From Patescibacteria group bacterium UBA2196 (GTDB lineage: Bacteria; Patescibacteriota; Patescibacteriia; UBA2196), in assembly GCA_002328025.1 (NCBI GenBank), contig DCVE01000002.1, forward strand, positions 1-42,947: a stretch of DNA of 42,947 nt, written 5' to 3'. Below, in pieces: positions 18,124 through 27,440 of the stretch. The position numbers were made by a program, and so were the translations under genes. Every line of letters begins with the position of its first letter. The first letter of the stretch is position 1. The notes below the pieces were generated by a model. The model was not told the origin of the DNA and ran no database searches. It saw only the letters and a program-made list of their open reading frames with translations.

Positions 18124-18678
18124 TTAGAACTTGACCGCAACGGCTTCTTTTTCTTCAGCATTGGCCACCTCATAGAAATCGTACTTTTTGAAACTTAGCA
18201 TACCTGCCACCACATTGTTGGGGAAGACTTCAATTTTGGTGTTGAAATCACGTACGTTGCCGTTGTAATAACGTCTGGAAGCCTCAATTTTATTTTCTGT
18301 ATCTGTTAAATCACCTTGCAGTTGCATAAAGTTTTGGCTAGCTTTTAAATCTGGGTAATTTTCAGCCACCGCGAACAATGATTTTAAAACTCCAGAAAGC
18401 TCATTCTCGGCGACTGCCGCATCAGCTGGATTTTGTGCTCCCATGGCGCGTGAACGCATTTCGGCTACTTTGGCAAATAGTCCGCTTTCATGCGTTGCAT
18501 AGCCTTTTACTGTTTCTACTAAATTTGGGATTAAGTCGTGCCGACGTTTTAATTGCACATCAATATCGCTCCAAGCTTCCTTGGTTTTGTTGTTAAGGCG
18601 TACCAGACCATTATAGACGCCAATTAACCACACAATAACGACGGCCGCGATGACCAAAATAACATAGGTTAGGGTCAT
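18124..18678 (-). CDS. lemA: LemA family protein
   Basis: YNGLV, AWSDIDVQLKRRHDLIPNLV, AENYPDLKA, RRYYN. Confidence 0.97.
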   Translation of the reverse strand: MTLTYVILVIAAVVIVWLIGVYNGLVRLNNKTKEAWSDIDVQLKRRHDLIPNLVETVKGYATHESGLFAKVAEMRSRAMGAQNPADAAVAENELSGVLKSLFAVAENYPDLKASQNFMQLQGDLTDTENKIEASRRYYNGNVRDFNTKIEVFPNNVVAGMLSFKKYDFYEVANAEEKEAVAVKF

Positions 18679-18908
18679 ATTTTTGCTAATATTCAGCTTA
18701 AAGTTGCTTTAAAAAATAACTAAAGACATTTTTTAAACTGATTAATTTATTTTTTCTATAACTTTATTGTAGTTTAAAAATATAATTTTAGCAAATGGAA
18801 TTCAGGTTGTTTCCGTTATTTTTTATCAATCAAATCTATGTTATAATTATTAAACAGTTATAGAGTGGGGAAAAAATAAAATATTTGTTTTTAAATTTAA
18901 TTTAATTG

Positions 18909-18917
18909 TGCTATAAT
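18909..18917 (+). promoter_or_regulatory. Extended -10 promoter of the pil operon (TGCTATAAT)
   Basis: Perfect TGnTATAAT upstream of pilM; a second TGTTATAAT lies near 18839. Confidence 0.6.
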
Positions 18918-18954
18918 TAGTCATATTTAAGTCATTATTTTTTATAAAATATCT

Positions 18955-20094
18955 ATGAGTTTATTTGGTTCTAACAAACTTTCTTATTTGGGTGTGGATT
19001 TGGGTAATGCTGGTATTAAAATTGTAGAGTTGCAAAACGAAAATGGTCGGCCGCGTTTGGTGACTTATGGTTTTGTTGACATGTCGACCGAAGTAATTAA
19101 TTATTCAACTGATGCCATGGAAGATATGGTGGCTCAATTAATTAATCAGATTTGTGCCCAAGCCGGGACTGGCACTAAAAAAACTGTTTCTTCTTTGCCA
19201 AGTTTTTCTGTTTTTTCTTCGCTTATTTCTTTGCCAGAGATGAAAAAAAGCGAGCTGGACCAGGCGATTATATGGGAAGCTAAAAAATTTTTACCATTGC
19301 CCATAGAAGAAATGAGCCTAGATTGGAAAATAATTGATCGACAAGATGTCAAAAAGAACAATATTAACCATGAGGATAAAGATACAGCTGGTCGGTTTGG
19401 TGATAAACAATTAGAAAAAGGTACAGCCGAAAACTCACTCACCAACAACAAAGCTCATTTAAAGATTTTGTTAACAGCCTCACCAAAAAAGAATGTCAAC
19501 CGTTATGTTAATATTTTTAAGAAAGCCGGTTTGGATTTGATTGGTTTGGAAACAGAAAGTTTTGCTTTGGAACGTTCATTAATTGGTTTTGAAGAATCAC
19601 CCATCATGATTGTTGATATTGGCGCCATAACTTCTGATCTTACTATTATTGAAAAAGGCGTTCCGGTTTTAAATCGCAGTGTTGATAGTGGCGGTATGGC
19701 AATCACACAAACCGTGGCGCGTAGTCTAAATATTACTTTAAAACGCGCTGAACAATTTAAGCGTGATATTGGTTTTTCCAATACCGGCGCACAAAGTATT
19801 CCTAAAGTATTAGAAAACGCCATCGAACCAATTATTAATGATATTAAATATTGTTTTGATCTTTTTTCTTCACGCGAAGAAAAAGGTAAAAAAGTTGAGA
19901 AAATAATTTTAACTGGCGGTTCAGCTTTTTTACCCAACATTTCAAATTTTTTAAGTAATTTACTAAATATCAAAGTTATTATCGGTGATCCTTGGGCGCG
20001 TGTAATTTATCCGGTTGAACTCAAACCAGTTCTGGATGAATTAGGACCACGTTTTGCCGTTGCTGTTGGATTGGCTATGCGAGAAATAGAATAA
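18955..20094 (+). CDS. pilM: Type IV pilus assembly protein PilM
   Basis: GVDLG..IKIVEL, VDIGA, ILTGG, AVAVGLAMR. Confidence 0.95.
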   Translation: MSLFGSNKLSYLGVDLGNAGIKIVELQNENGRPRLVTYGFVDMSTEVINYSTDAMEDMVAQLINQICAQAGTGTKKTVSSLPSFSVFSSLISLPEMKKSELDQAIIWEAKKFLPLPIEEMSLDWKIIDRQDVKKNNINHEDKDTAGRFGDKQLEKGTAENSLTNNKAHLKILLTASPKKNVNRYVNIFKKAGLDLIGLETESFALERSLIGFEESPIMIVDIGAITSDLTIIEKGVPVLNRSVDSGGMAITQTVARSLNITLKRAEQFKRDIGFSNTGAQSIPKVLENAIEPIINDIKYCFDLFSSREEKGKKVEKIILTGGSAFLPNISNFLSNLLNIKVIIGDPWARVIYPVELKPVLDELGPRFAVAVGLAMREIE

Positions 20095-20113
20095 TTTTTT
20101 GTATAATTAAAAT

Positions 20114-21229
20114 ATGACACAAGGTATTAATCTTTTGCCGCCCGAAGAACGTTTAAAAGAGTTGGAAGAAGAAAAAGAACGGCAAAAAGCCAAAGAAAAA
20201 TATAATATTAAACTTTCTAGCCCGACTTTTATTAATGATAATCAGCCGACTAGTTCACCATTGCCCACAAAGAATTTAAGCCAGCGTTTTAGAGACTGGC
20301 GGCAGGGTAGAAAAGAACTAAAACAACTTCGTCAAGCCGAAGAAATAAAAATGAATAAAACCGTGCCAATTGAAGAACCTTTTGTGTCAGCGCCAGCTAA
20401 AATATTTGTAGCTGCCAAACCAGCAGCTCCAGTTGCGTGGCCAGACAAAGAGACAAAAATTCCTGTTAATCAACCACCCTCACCCACACAACCGGTTGTT
20501 TCTGTTGCGCCGACAGCAAACAATAACACAATTAAATTACCAGATCTGCCATTGCGACCCACCAATGGGTTTACAAGCGGTGGTAGGGTACCAGCTGGCA
20601 TTGATGTTAATTTGGCCAGCCAGGAAAAATGGTCTTTTAATCTAAGCCATAGAAGTAAAATCATAGTTTGTGTTGTTTGTTTTTTATTATTAGTGGCCGG
20701 TATGATTGGTAAATCACTCTTATTGCACAGACAAATTAAAACATATCAAGCTATCTTAACAAACACTGAAGAAAAAATTACAACTTTACAAGAAAAAATT
20801 AGTTTAACTAGTAAGAACGACAAAGATCCACTGGTTTTGCAGGCACATTTATTAAAATTGAATAAAAAATTAGATACGCACATTTGGGCGCACAAAATAT
20901 TTGATTTTTTGGAAGCCAACACGGTTAGTGGGGTATATTACGAAAGTATTAATATGGACACTTTTTCGAATGGTTTAGTTTTAAACGGGGTAGCTCTAGA
21001 TTATACAGCCGCGGCTCAGCAAATTTTAGTTTTTAATCAAGATAAAAAAAATATTTTAAAAGTAGACCTGTCAAACATAGCCAAACGAAAAGAAGTTTTA
21101 GATGATAAGGACAAAAAAAACTCCACAGAGCCGCGCGAACTGATTTATTTTAGTCTTGATATTCTGTTAGACTATAATTTTTTTAATCTAAATACCGCCA
21201 CGCCAATCGACGGCCAAGCAATAATATGA
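20114..21229 (+). CDS. pilN: PilN-like protein with long Pro-rich N-terminal extension
   Basis: INLLP N-terminus, single TM, coiled coil, LNGVALDY; position after pilM. Confidence 0.7.
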   Translation: MTQGINLLPPEERLKELEEEKERQKAKEKYNIKLSSPTFINDNQPTSSPLPTKNLSQRFRDWRQGRKELKQLRQAEEIKMNKTVPIEEPFVSAPAKIFVAAKPAAPVAWPDKETKIPVNQPPSPTQPVVSVAPTANNNTIKLPDLPLRPTNGFTSGGRVPAGIDVNLASQEKWSFNLSHRSKIIVCVVCFLLLVAGMIGKSLLLHRQIKTYQAILTNTEEKITTLQEKISLTSKNDKDPLVLQAHLLKLNKKLDTHIWAHKIFDFLEANTVSGVYYESINMDTFSNGLVLNGVALDYTAAAQQILVFNQDKKNILKVDLSNIAKRKEVLDDKDKKNSTEPRELIYFSLDILLDYNFFNLNTATPIDGQAII

Positions 21230-21984
21230 TCTTAAATCAAACCTTTTCAAATAATAAAGACACACAACCAGCATTAAAAACCGTAGTGGAGGACAAAAAA
21301 TTGTCTAGTTTGGCTGCTAAGCTTTTTGACCGTTTATTTTTTATTATAATTTTTTTGGAGATTGTCTCTCTGTCTTTGATTGGTTATTTTTTCTTTATCA
21401 GACAGTTTTCCAGTCAATTGGCCAGTCTAAAAAATAATCAAATTCCACAACGCCAACAAGTTCTTATTAGTTTAGAAAAACAATACGCGCAATCAAACTT
21501 AATTAATAAATTGTATGCACAACTAAACCCTGTCCTGCTGGAAAAGACCAATCTAATGTTACCAAGCTCACCCAATCTGCCAGATTTGTTGGTCAATTTA
21601 GATTCCCTGGTCGCCAGCAGTGGTTTTTCCTTGCAATCAATAAATCTTAAAATAACAGATGAAAAAGGCCAAAGCTTAGCTGAATTAAAAAATATTAAAA
21701 AAGACACTACCGGTGATTTTATTGTTACAAATGACAACAATTCTGGTGCTGTCGCGAACCCAACCAAACCCCAGCCTTCAGACGAAACGGTTGCTACAAA
21801 TTTAATAACGCAATCGATAAAAGATATTAATATTAGTTTACAAATTAAAGGCAGTGGTTACGCTGGTTTTCGCCAACTTATTTATCAGTTGGAACATAAT
21901 TTACGTTTATTAGATGTGCTTAAATTTGATTTTTCACCCGCTGATGATGTTTTTAGTATCACTTTACGTAGTTATTATTTATAA
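21226..21984 (+). CDS. pilO: PilO-like protein
   Basis: TM, coiled coil, LPS..LPDLL, GY..F...LE..LRLLDV. Confidence 0.8.
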   Translation: MILNQTFSNNKDTQPALKTVVEDKKLSSLAAKLFDRLFFIIIFLEIVSLSLIGYFFFIRQFSSQLASLKNNQIPQRQQVLISLEKQYAQSNLINKLYAQLNPVLLEKTNLMLPSSPNLPDLLVNLDSLVASSGFSLQSINLKITDEKGQSLAELKNIKKDTTGDFIVTNDNNSGAVANPTKPQPSDETVATNLITQSIKDINISLQIKGSGYAGFRQLIYQLEHNLRLLDVLKFDFSPADDVFSITLRSYYL

Positions 21985-21990
21985 TTTTTT

Positions 21991-22269
21991 ATGGTTAGTA
22001 AAAATAAAAAAACCATTATTCAAATTGTCATTATTATAGTAATGCTGGTTAGTGCTGGAATTGTAGTTTCGAATAGTTTTTTAAAAGAAAAAAATCAGTC
22101 TCCAAGCATCACGTCACCCACGCCCAACCTAAACGAAATCAGTGATAATGTTTTTGAAGAGGCCATCCGTGTTTTTGACAAAGAAGCCTTTCAAGGCTTG
22201 ATTAAATTTGGCGATTGGCCGCTCCAAGTCATTGACAAAGGTCGGCCTAATCCTTTTTTAAAAATTTAA
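21991..22269 (+). CDS. Small membrane protein, possible truncated PilP analogue
   Basis: N-terminal TM; C-terminal GRPNPF resembles the PilP RDPF motif; position after pilO. Confidence 0.6.
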   Translation: MVSKNKKTIIQIVIIIVMLVSAGIVVSNSFLKEKNQSPSITSPTPNLNEISDNVFEEAIRVFDKEAFQGLIKFGDWPLQVIDKGRPNPFLKI

Positions 22270-22275
22270 TTTTTT

Positions 22276-24030
22276 ATGATTAGATCGGCATCAATTACCA
22301 AGATATTAAAAAAACTTCAGGATAGTGATGTAATTAGCCAGGAGAAAGTTTTGGAATTATCCAACCTCAATTCAGTTGAGAGTGTTTTTATTGAATTAAA
22401 AAAAGATTCTACTATTGATCAAGAAAAATTATTAATGGCTGAGGCCGCATATTATCATTTTAAATACATTGATTTGTTGGGTACAGAGATCACACGCGAT
22501 ATTGTTAATGTTTTACCGCAAAATTTAGCTGAAAATTATAAGTTAGTTGTATTTGGCAAGCGCGATAAAAACTTACAAGTCGCTCTGACCAATCCAGCCG
22601 AACTAAAAGGTCAGGAGGCGGTTGAATTTATCGCGCGCCAAAACGGGTTAAATGTGGAATATTATTTAACTTCAGTGGCTTCTTTCAACCAAGCTTTTAA
22701 GCAATATTCGGTTTTAAAAAACGAAGTTGAAAAAGCTTTGGATGTGGCCGAAGATAAAATGTCAAGACAGCAAAAAAAGACTGAAGAAGCGGATCTGGTT
22801 ACTGACAATATTGAGGTAACTAAATCTGCGCCAATTTCTCAAATTGTTTCTGTAATTATTCGTCATGGCGTGGAAGGTAAAGCTTCGGATATTCACATTG
22901 AACCGTTTATGGATAAATCTAGAGTTCGCTATCGCCTTGATGGTGAGTTGCACACTTCTTTGTTATTACCAAAATCAGTCCATGCCGCTATTATTTCTCG
23001 CATTAAGGTTATGGCCAATTTAAAAATTGATGAAACTCGTGTACCACAGGATGGTCGTATTCGTTTGAACGTCAACAACAATAATGTAGATTTTAGAATT
23101 TCTACCTTGCCGCTTTATGACCAAGAAAAGGTTGTTATGCGTATTTTGGACATCTCTTCAGGAGCTTTAACTTTGGAACAGCTTGGTTTTGAGGGCAGAA
23201 ATTTAGAGATTATAAAAAATAATATTGATAAACCACATGGCATGTTTTTAGTAACTGGTCCAACCGGCTCTGGCAAATCCACCACCCTCTATTCAGTTTT
23301 AAATATTTTAAACCAAGAAAATGTCAATATTACTACTCTCGAAGATCCGGTTGAATATTATTTACGCGGTGTTAATCAGTCGCAAATTAACCCCGATGTT
23401 GGGTTAACCTTTGCTAATGGTTTACGTTCCATTTTACGCCAGGATCCCGATGTAATCATGGTTGGCGAAATTCGCGACACTGAAACAGCTGAGTTGGCCA
23501 TTCACGCCGCACTAACTGGTCACATTGTTCTTTCAACTTTACACACCAATGACGCTTTTGGCGCCATACCGCGTTTAATTGATATGCACGTTGAGCCATT
23601 TCTACTTTCCTCTACTTTAAATATTATCATCGCACAACGTCTGGTGCGCAAAATTTGTGATAATTGCAAGGAAGAAATTAAATTGCCGGATAATTTGGTT
23701 GGGTTTGTGTGGGACGAATTTACTAAAATTAGTAAAGGCAACCTATCTTCAGATTTGTTGGTTTTACACGATAAAACAGATTTAAAATTTTATCATGGCA
23801 AGGGCTGTTTACGGTGCAATAGTTCTGGCTACGCCGGTCGTTTAGCCATTGCTGAAATTTTAGATATGACAGATGAAATTAAACAGTTGGTTTCTTCTGG
23901 TATTTCCTTAGAAAAAATTAAGCAAGAAACTATTCTAAAACAAATGATTACTTTGCAGCAGGATGGCCTGCTCAAGGCTATTCGTGGTATGACCACAGTC
24001 GAAGAAGTATTACGTGCCACCAAAGATTAG
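22276..24030 (+). CDS. pilB: Type IV pilus extension ATPase PilB/GspE
   Basis: ASDIHIEP, GPTGSGKST, TLEDPVE, RQDPDVIMVGEIRD, GHIVLSTLH, two CxxC. Confidence 0.97.
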   Translation: MIRSASITKILKKLQDSDVISQEKVLELSNLNSVESVFIELKKDSTIDQEKLLMAEAAYYHFKYIDLLGTEITRDIVNVLPQNLAENYKLVVFGKRDKNLQVALTNPAELKGQEAVEFIARQNGLNVEYYLTSVASFNQAFKQYSVLKNEVEKALDVAEDKMSRQQKKTEEADLVTDNIEVTKSAPISQIVSVIIRHGVEGKASDIHIEPFMDKSRVRYRLDGELHTSLLLPKSVHAAIISRIKVMANLKIDETRVPQDGRIRLNVNNNNVDFRISTLPLYDQEKVVMRILDISSGALTLEQLGFEGRNLEIIKNNIDKPHGMFLVTGPTGSGKSTTLYSVLNILNQENVNITTLEDPVEYYLRGVNQSQINPDVGLTFANGLRSILRQDPDVIMVGEIRDTETAELAIHAALTGHIVLSTLHTNDAFGAIPRLIDMHVEPFLLSSTLNIIIAQRLVRKICDNCKEEIKLPDNLVGFVWDEFTKISKGNLSSDLLVLHDKTDLKFYHGKGCLRCNSSGYAGRLAIAEILDMTDEIKQLVSSGISLEKIKQETILKQMITLQQDGLLKAIRGMTTVEEVLRATKD

Positions 24031-24057
24031 AACTATAGAACTATAAAATTATTATTT

Positions 24058-24495
24058 ATGCTAAATAAAAAGAAAAAAATATTCATCAAAAAAAACATTA
24101 TAGTAACTGCCAAAAAACCCAAACACGTTTTTACAATTTTGTTAGTGGAAGATGATGATTTTTTGTTGAATATGTATAAAGTTAAGCTGGAGTTAGAAGA
24201 TTATAAGGTTTTGACTACCTCTAATGGTGAAACCGGGCTGGCTTTAATTAGAGACAAAAAACCGGATTTGGTTTTGCTGGATATCATTTTACCCAAACTG
24301 AGTGGTTTCGAGGTTTTAAAATCCATGCAGCAGGATAAAGACACAAAAAATATACCAGTTGTTATTTTGTCTAATCTGGGACAAAGAGAGGATATAAAAA
24401 AAGGGTTAAAATTGGGCGCGCGCGATTATTTGATTAAGGCTCATTTTTTACCTTCAGAGGTAATAGAAAAGGTTAAAAAAATATTAAAATTTTAA
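24058..24495 (+). CDS. Single-domain response regulator (receiver)
   Basis: ILLVEDD, LLDIILP, ILSN, YLIK; start uncertain. Confidence 0.9.
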   Translation: MLNKKKKIFIKKNIIVTAKKPKHVFTILLVEDDDFLLNMYKVKLELEDYKVLTTSNGETGLALIRDKKPDLVLLDIILPKLSGFEVLKSMQQDKDTKNIPVVILSNLGQREDIKKGLKLGARDYLIKAHFLPSEVIEKVKKILKF

Positions 24496-24498
24496 AAT

Positions 24499-25566
24499 AT
24501 GTCAGTGGCAGAAAATTTTAAATTTAGTGATTTATTGGTTAAAGCTGCTGAAATGGATGTTTCTGATTTGCATTTGTCAGTCGGTGGTGTGGTCAAGGCA
24601 CGCATAGACGGAGATTTAGTGGATTGGAATGAGACCATCGTCAACCAGGAGATGGTTGAAAAAAATTTATTTAGTATTTTAAATGATGCTCAAAAAGACG
24701 AGTTTCAAAAACACGGTAGTTTACTATGGACTTTTGATTTTGCTGATAATTTACGTTTTCGTGTGCAATTATTTCGGCAAGAAGGCAGACTGACGGCGAT
24801 TTTACGTTATATTCCTAAGCACATTAAAAGTATGACCGAACTATGTCTACCACAAGTTTTAAATGTATTAGCCAATTTGGAACGTGGTCTAATAATTATT
24901 AGTGGTACTAACGGAGCAGGTAAAACCACCACAGCCATGGTCTTATTAGAAGCAATCAACAATCAACATAATAAGTCCATTTTTACCATTGAAAAACCGA
25001 TTGAATATTTATTAAATAATAAAAAAAGTTTAATTGAACAAAGAGGGGTTGGGGTTGATGTGGCAAGTTTTGCCCAAGCCAGTCAGGACTTGTTATTGTC
25101 TGATACGGATGTGATTTTTTGTAACCGGGTTAACGACGAAGTTACGGCGGCCAATTTATTAGAGTTGGCAGAAAAAAGCTTGGTTGTTTTGGAGCTTGCG
25201 TCGCAGGATGTTTTAGATTCCCTGTCTGATTTTTTGACCTTTTTCCCCGCCATCAATAAACACGAAAAAAGACAAATTTTTTCTCGTAATTTAATTACTA
25301 TTTTAAATCAGGTGTTGGTTAAAAGACGTAATGGTGGACGTTTACCGGCGCTAGAAATTATGTTTAACAACAATGCCGTTGCGGCGGCCATTGCTGACGA
25401 CCGCGCCAGTCGTATTCCGGATATTATAATCATGTCTGGTCATGAAGGTATGATTAGTCGTGAGCGTAGTCTGGCTGAATTGGTTAAAAACGGTGAAGTT
25501 TTGATGGATGAAGCCATTAAATATGCTCGTAATAAAGATGATTTTAAGGAAATGATCATGAAATAA
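24499..25566 (+). CDS. pilT: PilT/PilU-like ATPase with degenerate catalytic motifs
   Basis: SDLHL, RIDG, RFRV, GTNGAGKTTT retained; Walker B, Asp box and His box degenerate. Confidence 0.85.
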   Translation: MSVAENFKFSDLLVKAAEMDVSDLHLSVGGVVKARIDGDLVDWNETIVNQEMVEKNLFSILNDAQKDEFQKHGSLLWTFDFADNLRFRVQLFRQEGRLTAILRYIPKHIKSMTELCLPQVLNVLANLERGLIIISGTNGAGKTTTAMVLLEAINNQHNKSIFTIEKPIEYLLNNKKSLIEQRGVGVDVASFAQASQDLLLSDTDVIFCNRVNDEVTAANLLELAEKSLVVLELASQDVLDSLSDFLTFFPAINKHEKRQIFSRNLITILNQVLVKRRNGGRLPALEIMFNNNAVAAAIADDRASRIPDIIIMSGHEGMISRERSLAELVKNGEVLMDEAIKYARNKDDFKEMIMK

Positions 25567-25577
25567 TTTTTTATATT

Positions 25578-26786
25578 ATGCCATTGTTTGAATATCATGC
25601 CAAAACTTATGACGGACAGACCACCAAAGGTGTTATTGAAGCGTTTTCTGAAATAGCTGTAGTTGAGATTTTGGCTAAAAAAAATTTATTGCCCATTAGT
25701 ATTAAAGTCAAAAAGGAAAAATCTGCTTTTTTGGAAAATTTTAATTTTCTTAACAAAGTTGGACCCAAAGATTTGGTTCTGTTTTCGCGTCAATTAGCGG
25801 TCATGAAAAGTGCTAACTTGCCTCTGGTACAGGCCTTACGGATTTTGGAAAAACAAACCATAAATCAGCGTTTAAAATTAGCGATTGTTGAAATTGCTGA
25901 CGAAGTTGACGGTGGCGCGCGTTTGTCTCAAGCTATGTCAAATTATCCAAATATTTTTTCTGACTTTTTTATTTCTGTTATAAAATCTGGTGAAACATCT
26001 GGCCGTCTTGATGAGGTTTTAAATTATTTAGCTGATCAACAAGAAAAAGACTATGATTTAATGAGTAAAATAAAAGGCGCCATGATTTATCCGGCTTTTA
26101 TTGTGGTTGGTTTATTGGCAGTTGGTGTTATTATGATGATTTTTGTGGTACCCAAATTGACCGGCATTTTGCAGGAAACCGGCGGCCAGTTGCCAACTTC
26201 GACCAAAATGTTGATTGGTTTATCAGGTTTTCTGGTACATTATTGGTGGACAATATTGATTGCTTTGGTACTAATGATCGGTGGCAGTCGTTTTTATATC
26301 CGCACCAGTCGGGGGAGTATCTTGTTTGATATCTTGAAAATAAAAATACCCATTTTTGGCAAACTCTTGCAGCATATTTATTTGGTTCGTTTTACCAGAA
26401 GTTTATCCACTCTTCTTGCCGGAGGCGTTTCTTTAGTTGAAGCATTAAAAGTAACCAGTGATATTGTGGGCAACGCAGTCTACCGTGATTTAATTGACCG
26501 GACCGTCAGAGAAGTCCAAGATGGCAATCCGGTTTCGGGTGTTTTTATGCGTTCCCCAGAAGTACCAGTTATGATTTCACATATGATGAGCGTTGGAGAA
26601 CAGACCGGACATTTAGATACAGTCTTGGAGCGTTTGACCAGTTTTTACGCGCGGGAAATTGATAATTTGGTCACCAACTTGGTAAGTTTAATTGAGCCGT
26701 TGATTATGGTGGTATTGGGTGTGGCCGTGGGCGTAATGGTGGCAGCCATTATTATGCCGATGTATAATATGGCCTCTAGTTTTTAG
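25578..26786 (+). CDS. pilC: Type IV pilus platform protein PilC/GspF
   Basis: FSRQLA, GETSGRL, AMIYP, GEQTGHLD, LIEP. Confidence 0.97.
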   Translation: MPLFEYHAKTYDGQTTKGVIEAFSEIAVVEILAKKNLLPISIKVKKEKSAFLENFNFLNKVGPKDLVLFSRQLAVMKSANLPLVQALRILEKQTINQRLKLAIVEIADEVDGGARLSQAMSNYPNIFSDFFISVIKSGETSGRLDEVLNYLADQQEKDYDLMSKIKGAMIYPAFIVVGLLAVGVIMMIFVVPKLTGILQETGGQLPTSTKMLIGLSGFLVHYWWTILIALVLMIGGSRFYIRTSRGSILFDILKIKIPIFGKLLQHIYLVRFTRSLSTLLAGGVSLVEALKVTSDIVGNAVYRDLIDRTVREVQDGNPVSGVFMRSPEVPVMISHMMSVGEQTGHLDTVLERLTSFYAREIDNLVTNLVSLIEPLIMVVLGVAVGVMVAAIIMPMYNMASSF

Positions 26787-26812
26787 TTTTGTTTAAGTAA
26801 AAATTAAATTTG

Positions 26813-26821
26813 TGTTATACT
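26813..26821 (+). promoter_or_regulatory. Extended -10 promoter of the major pilin (TGTTATACT)
   Basis: TGn-TATACT followed by a leader of about 110 nt. Confidence 0.55.
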
Positions 26822-26934
26822 AATAATAAATTGTGGATAAACTAAACATTCTTTGTAAAAGGTCGAGTCGTGTTTATCACAGAAAGTTTTAAGGTCTAGA
26901 CTTTAAAATACTTATTTTGAAAAAATTAAAAAAT

Positions 26935-27336
26935 ATGAAGAATACTAAAAAAGGTTTCACTTTGATTGAACTTTTGGTGGTTATTGCCATTATTGGTTTG
27001 TTATCAACTTTGGCTGTGGTGGCTTTAAACAATGCCCGTGCCAAAGCCAGAGACGCGCGTCGTGTGTCTGATATTAAGCAAATTCAAACCGCTCTGGAAC
27101 TTTATGCTCAAGATGCCAATGGCTATCCAACAGCCTTGCCAGGAATTGGTTCAGCTATGGTGTTTAGCGGCAATACTTATATGGGTCAAGTACCTGGCAA
27201 TCCCAGTCCCAATGGTTGTGCTTACGGTTATTCTGGCGCCGGTTCCACCTACGCGTTGACTTTTTGTTTGGAATCAAGTGTTAGTGGTTTGGGTACGGTA
27301 AATACGCACACTGCAAATCAAAACGGCATGCAATAA
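26935..27336 (+). CDS. pilA: Type IV pilin (likely major pilin)
   Basis: KKG/FTLIELLVVIAIIGLL class III signal; own promoter and strong terminator; two C-terminal Cys. Confidence 0.9.
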   Translation: MKNTKKGFTLIELLVVIAIIGLLSTLAVVALNNARAKARDARRVSDIKQIQTALELYAQDANGYPTALPGIGSAMVFSGNTYMGQVPGNPSPNGCAYGYSGAGSTYALTFCLESSVSGLGTVNTHTANQNGMQ

Positions 27337-27361
27337 TTCGTACCTTTCTAGCTAGAAGTTT

Positions 27362-27397
27362 AACTCCCCACCCTGTCAGGGTGGGGAGTTTGTTTTT
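27362..27397 (+). terminator. Strong intrinsic terminator after the pilin
   Basis: AACTCCCCACCCT-gtc-AGGGTGGGGAGTT followed by TGTTTTT. Confidence 0.9.
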
Positions 27398-27409
27398 CAG
27401 TCTTTGGTT

Positions 27410-27418
27410 TGTTATACT
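27410..27418 (+). promoter_or_regulatory. Extended -10 promoter of the glycosylation/pilD/minor-pilin operon (TGTTATACT)
   Basis: Directly after the terminator, 22 bp before the ATG at 27441. Confidence 0.6.
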
Positions 27419-27440
27419 TAAGCTAGGAATTTAATTTTTT

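Noticed and set aside
26832-26840. Replication origin
   Set aside because: Single DnaA box, no cluster, and no dnaA/dnaN nearby
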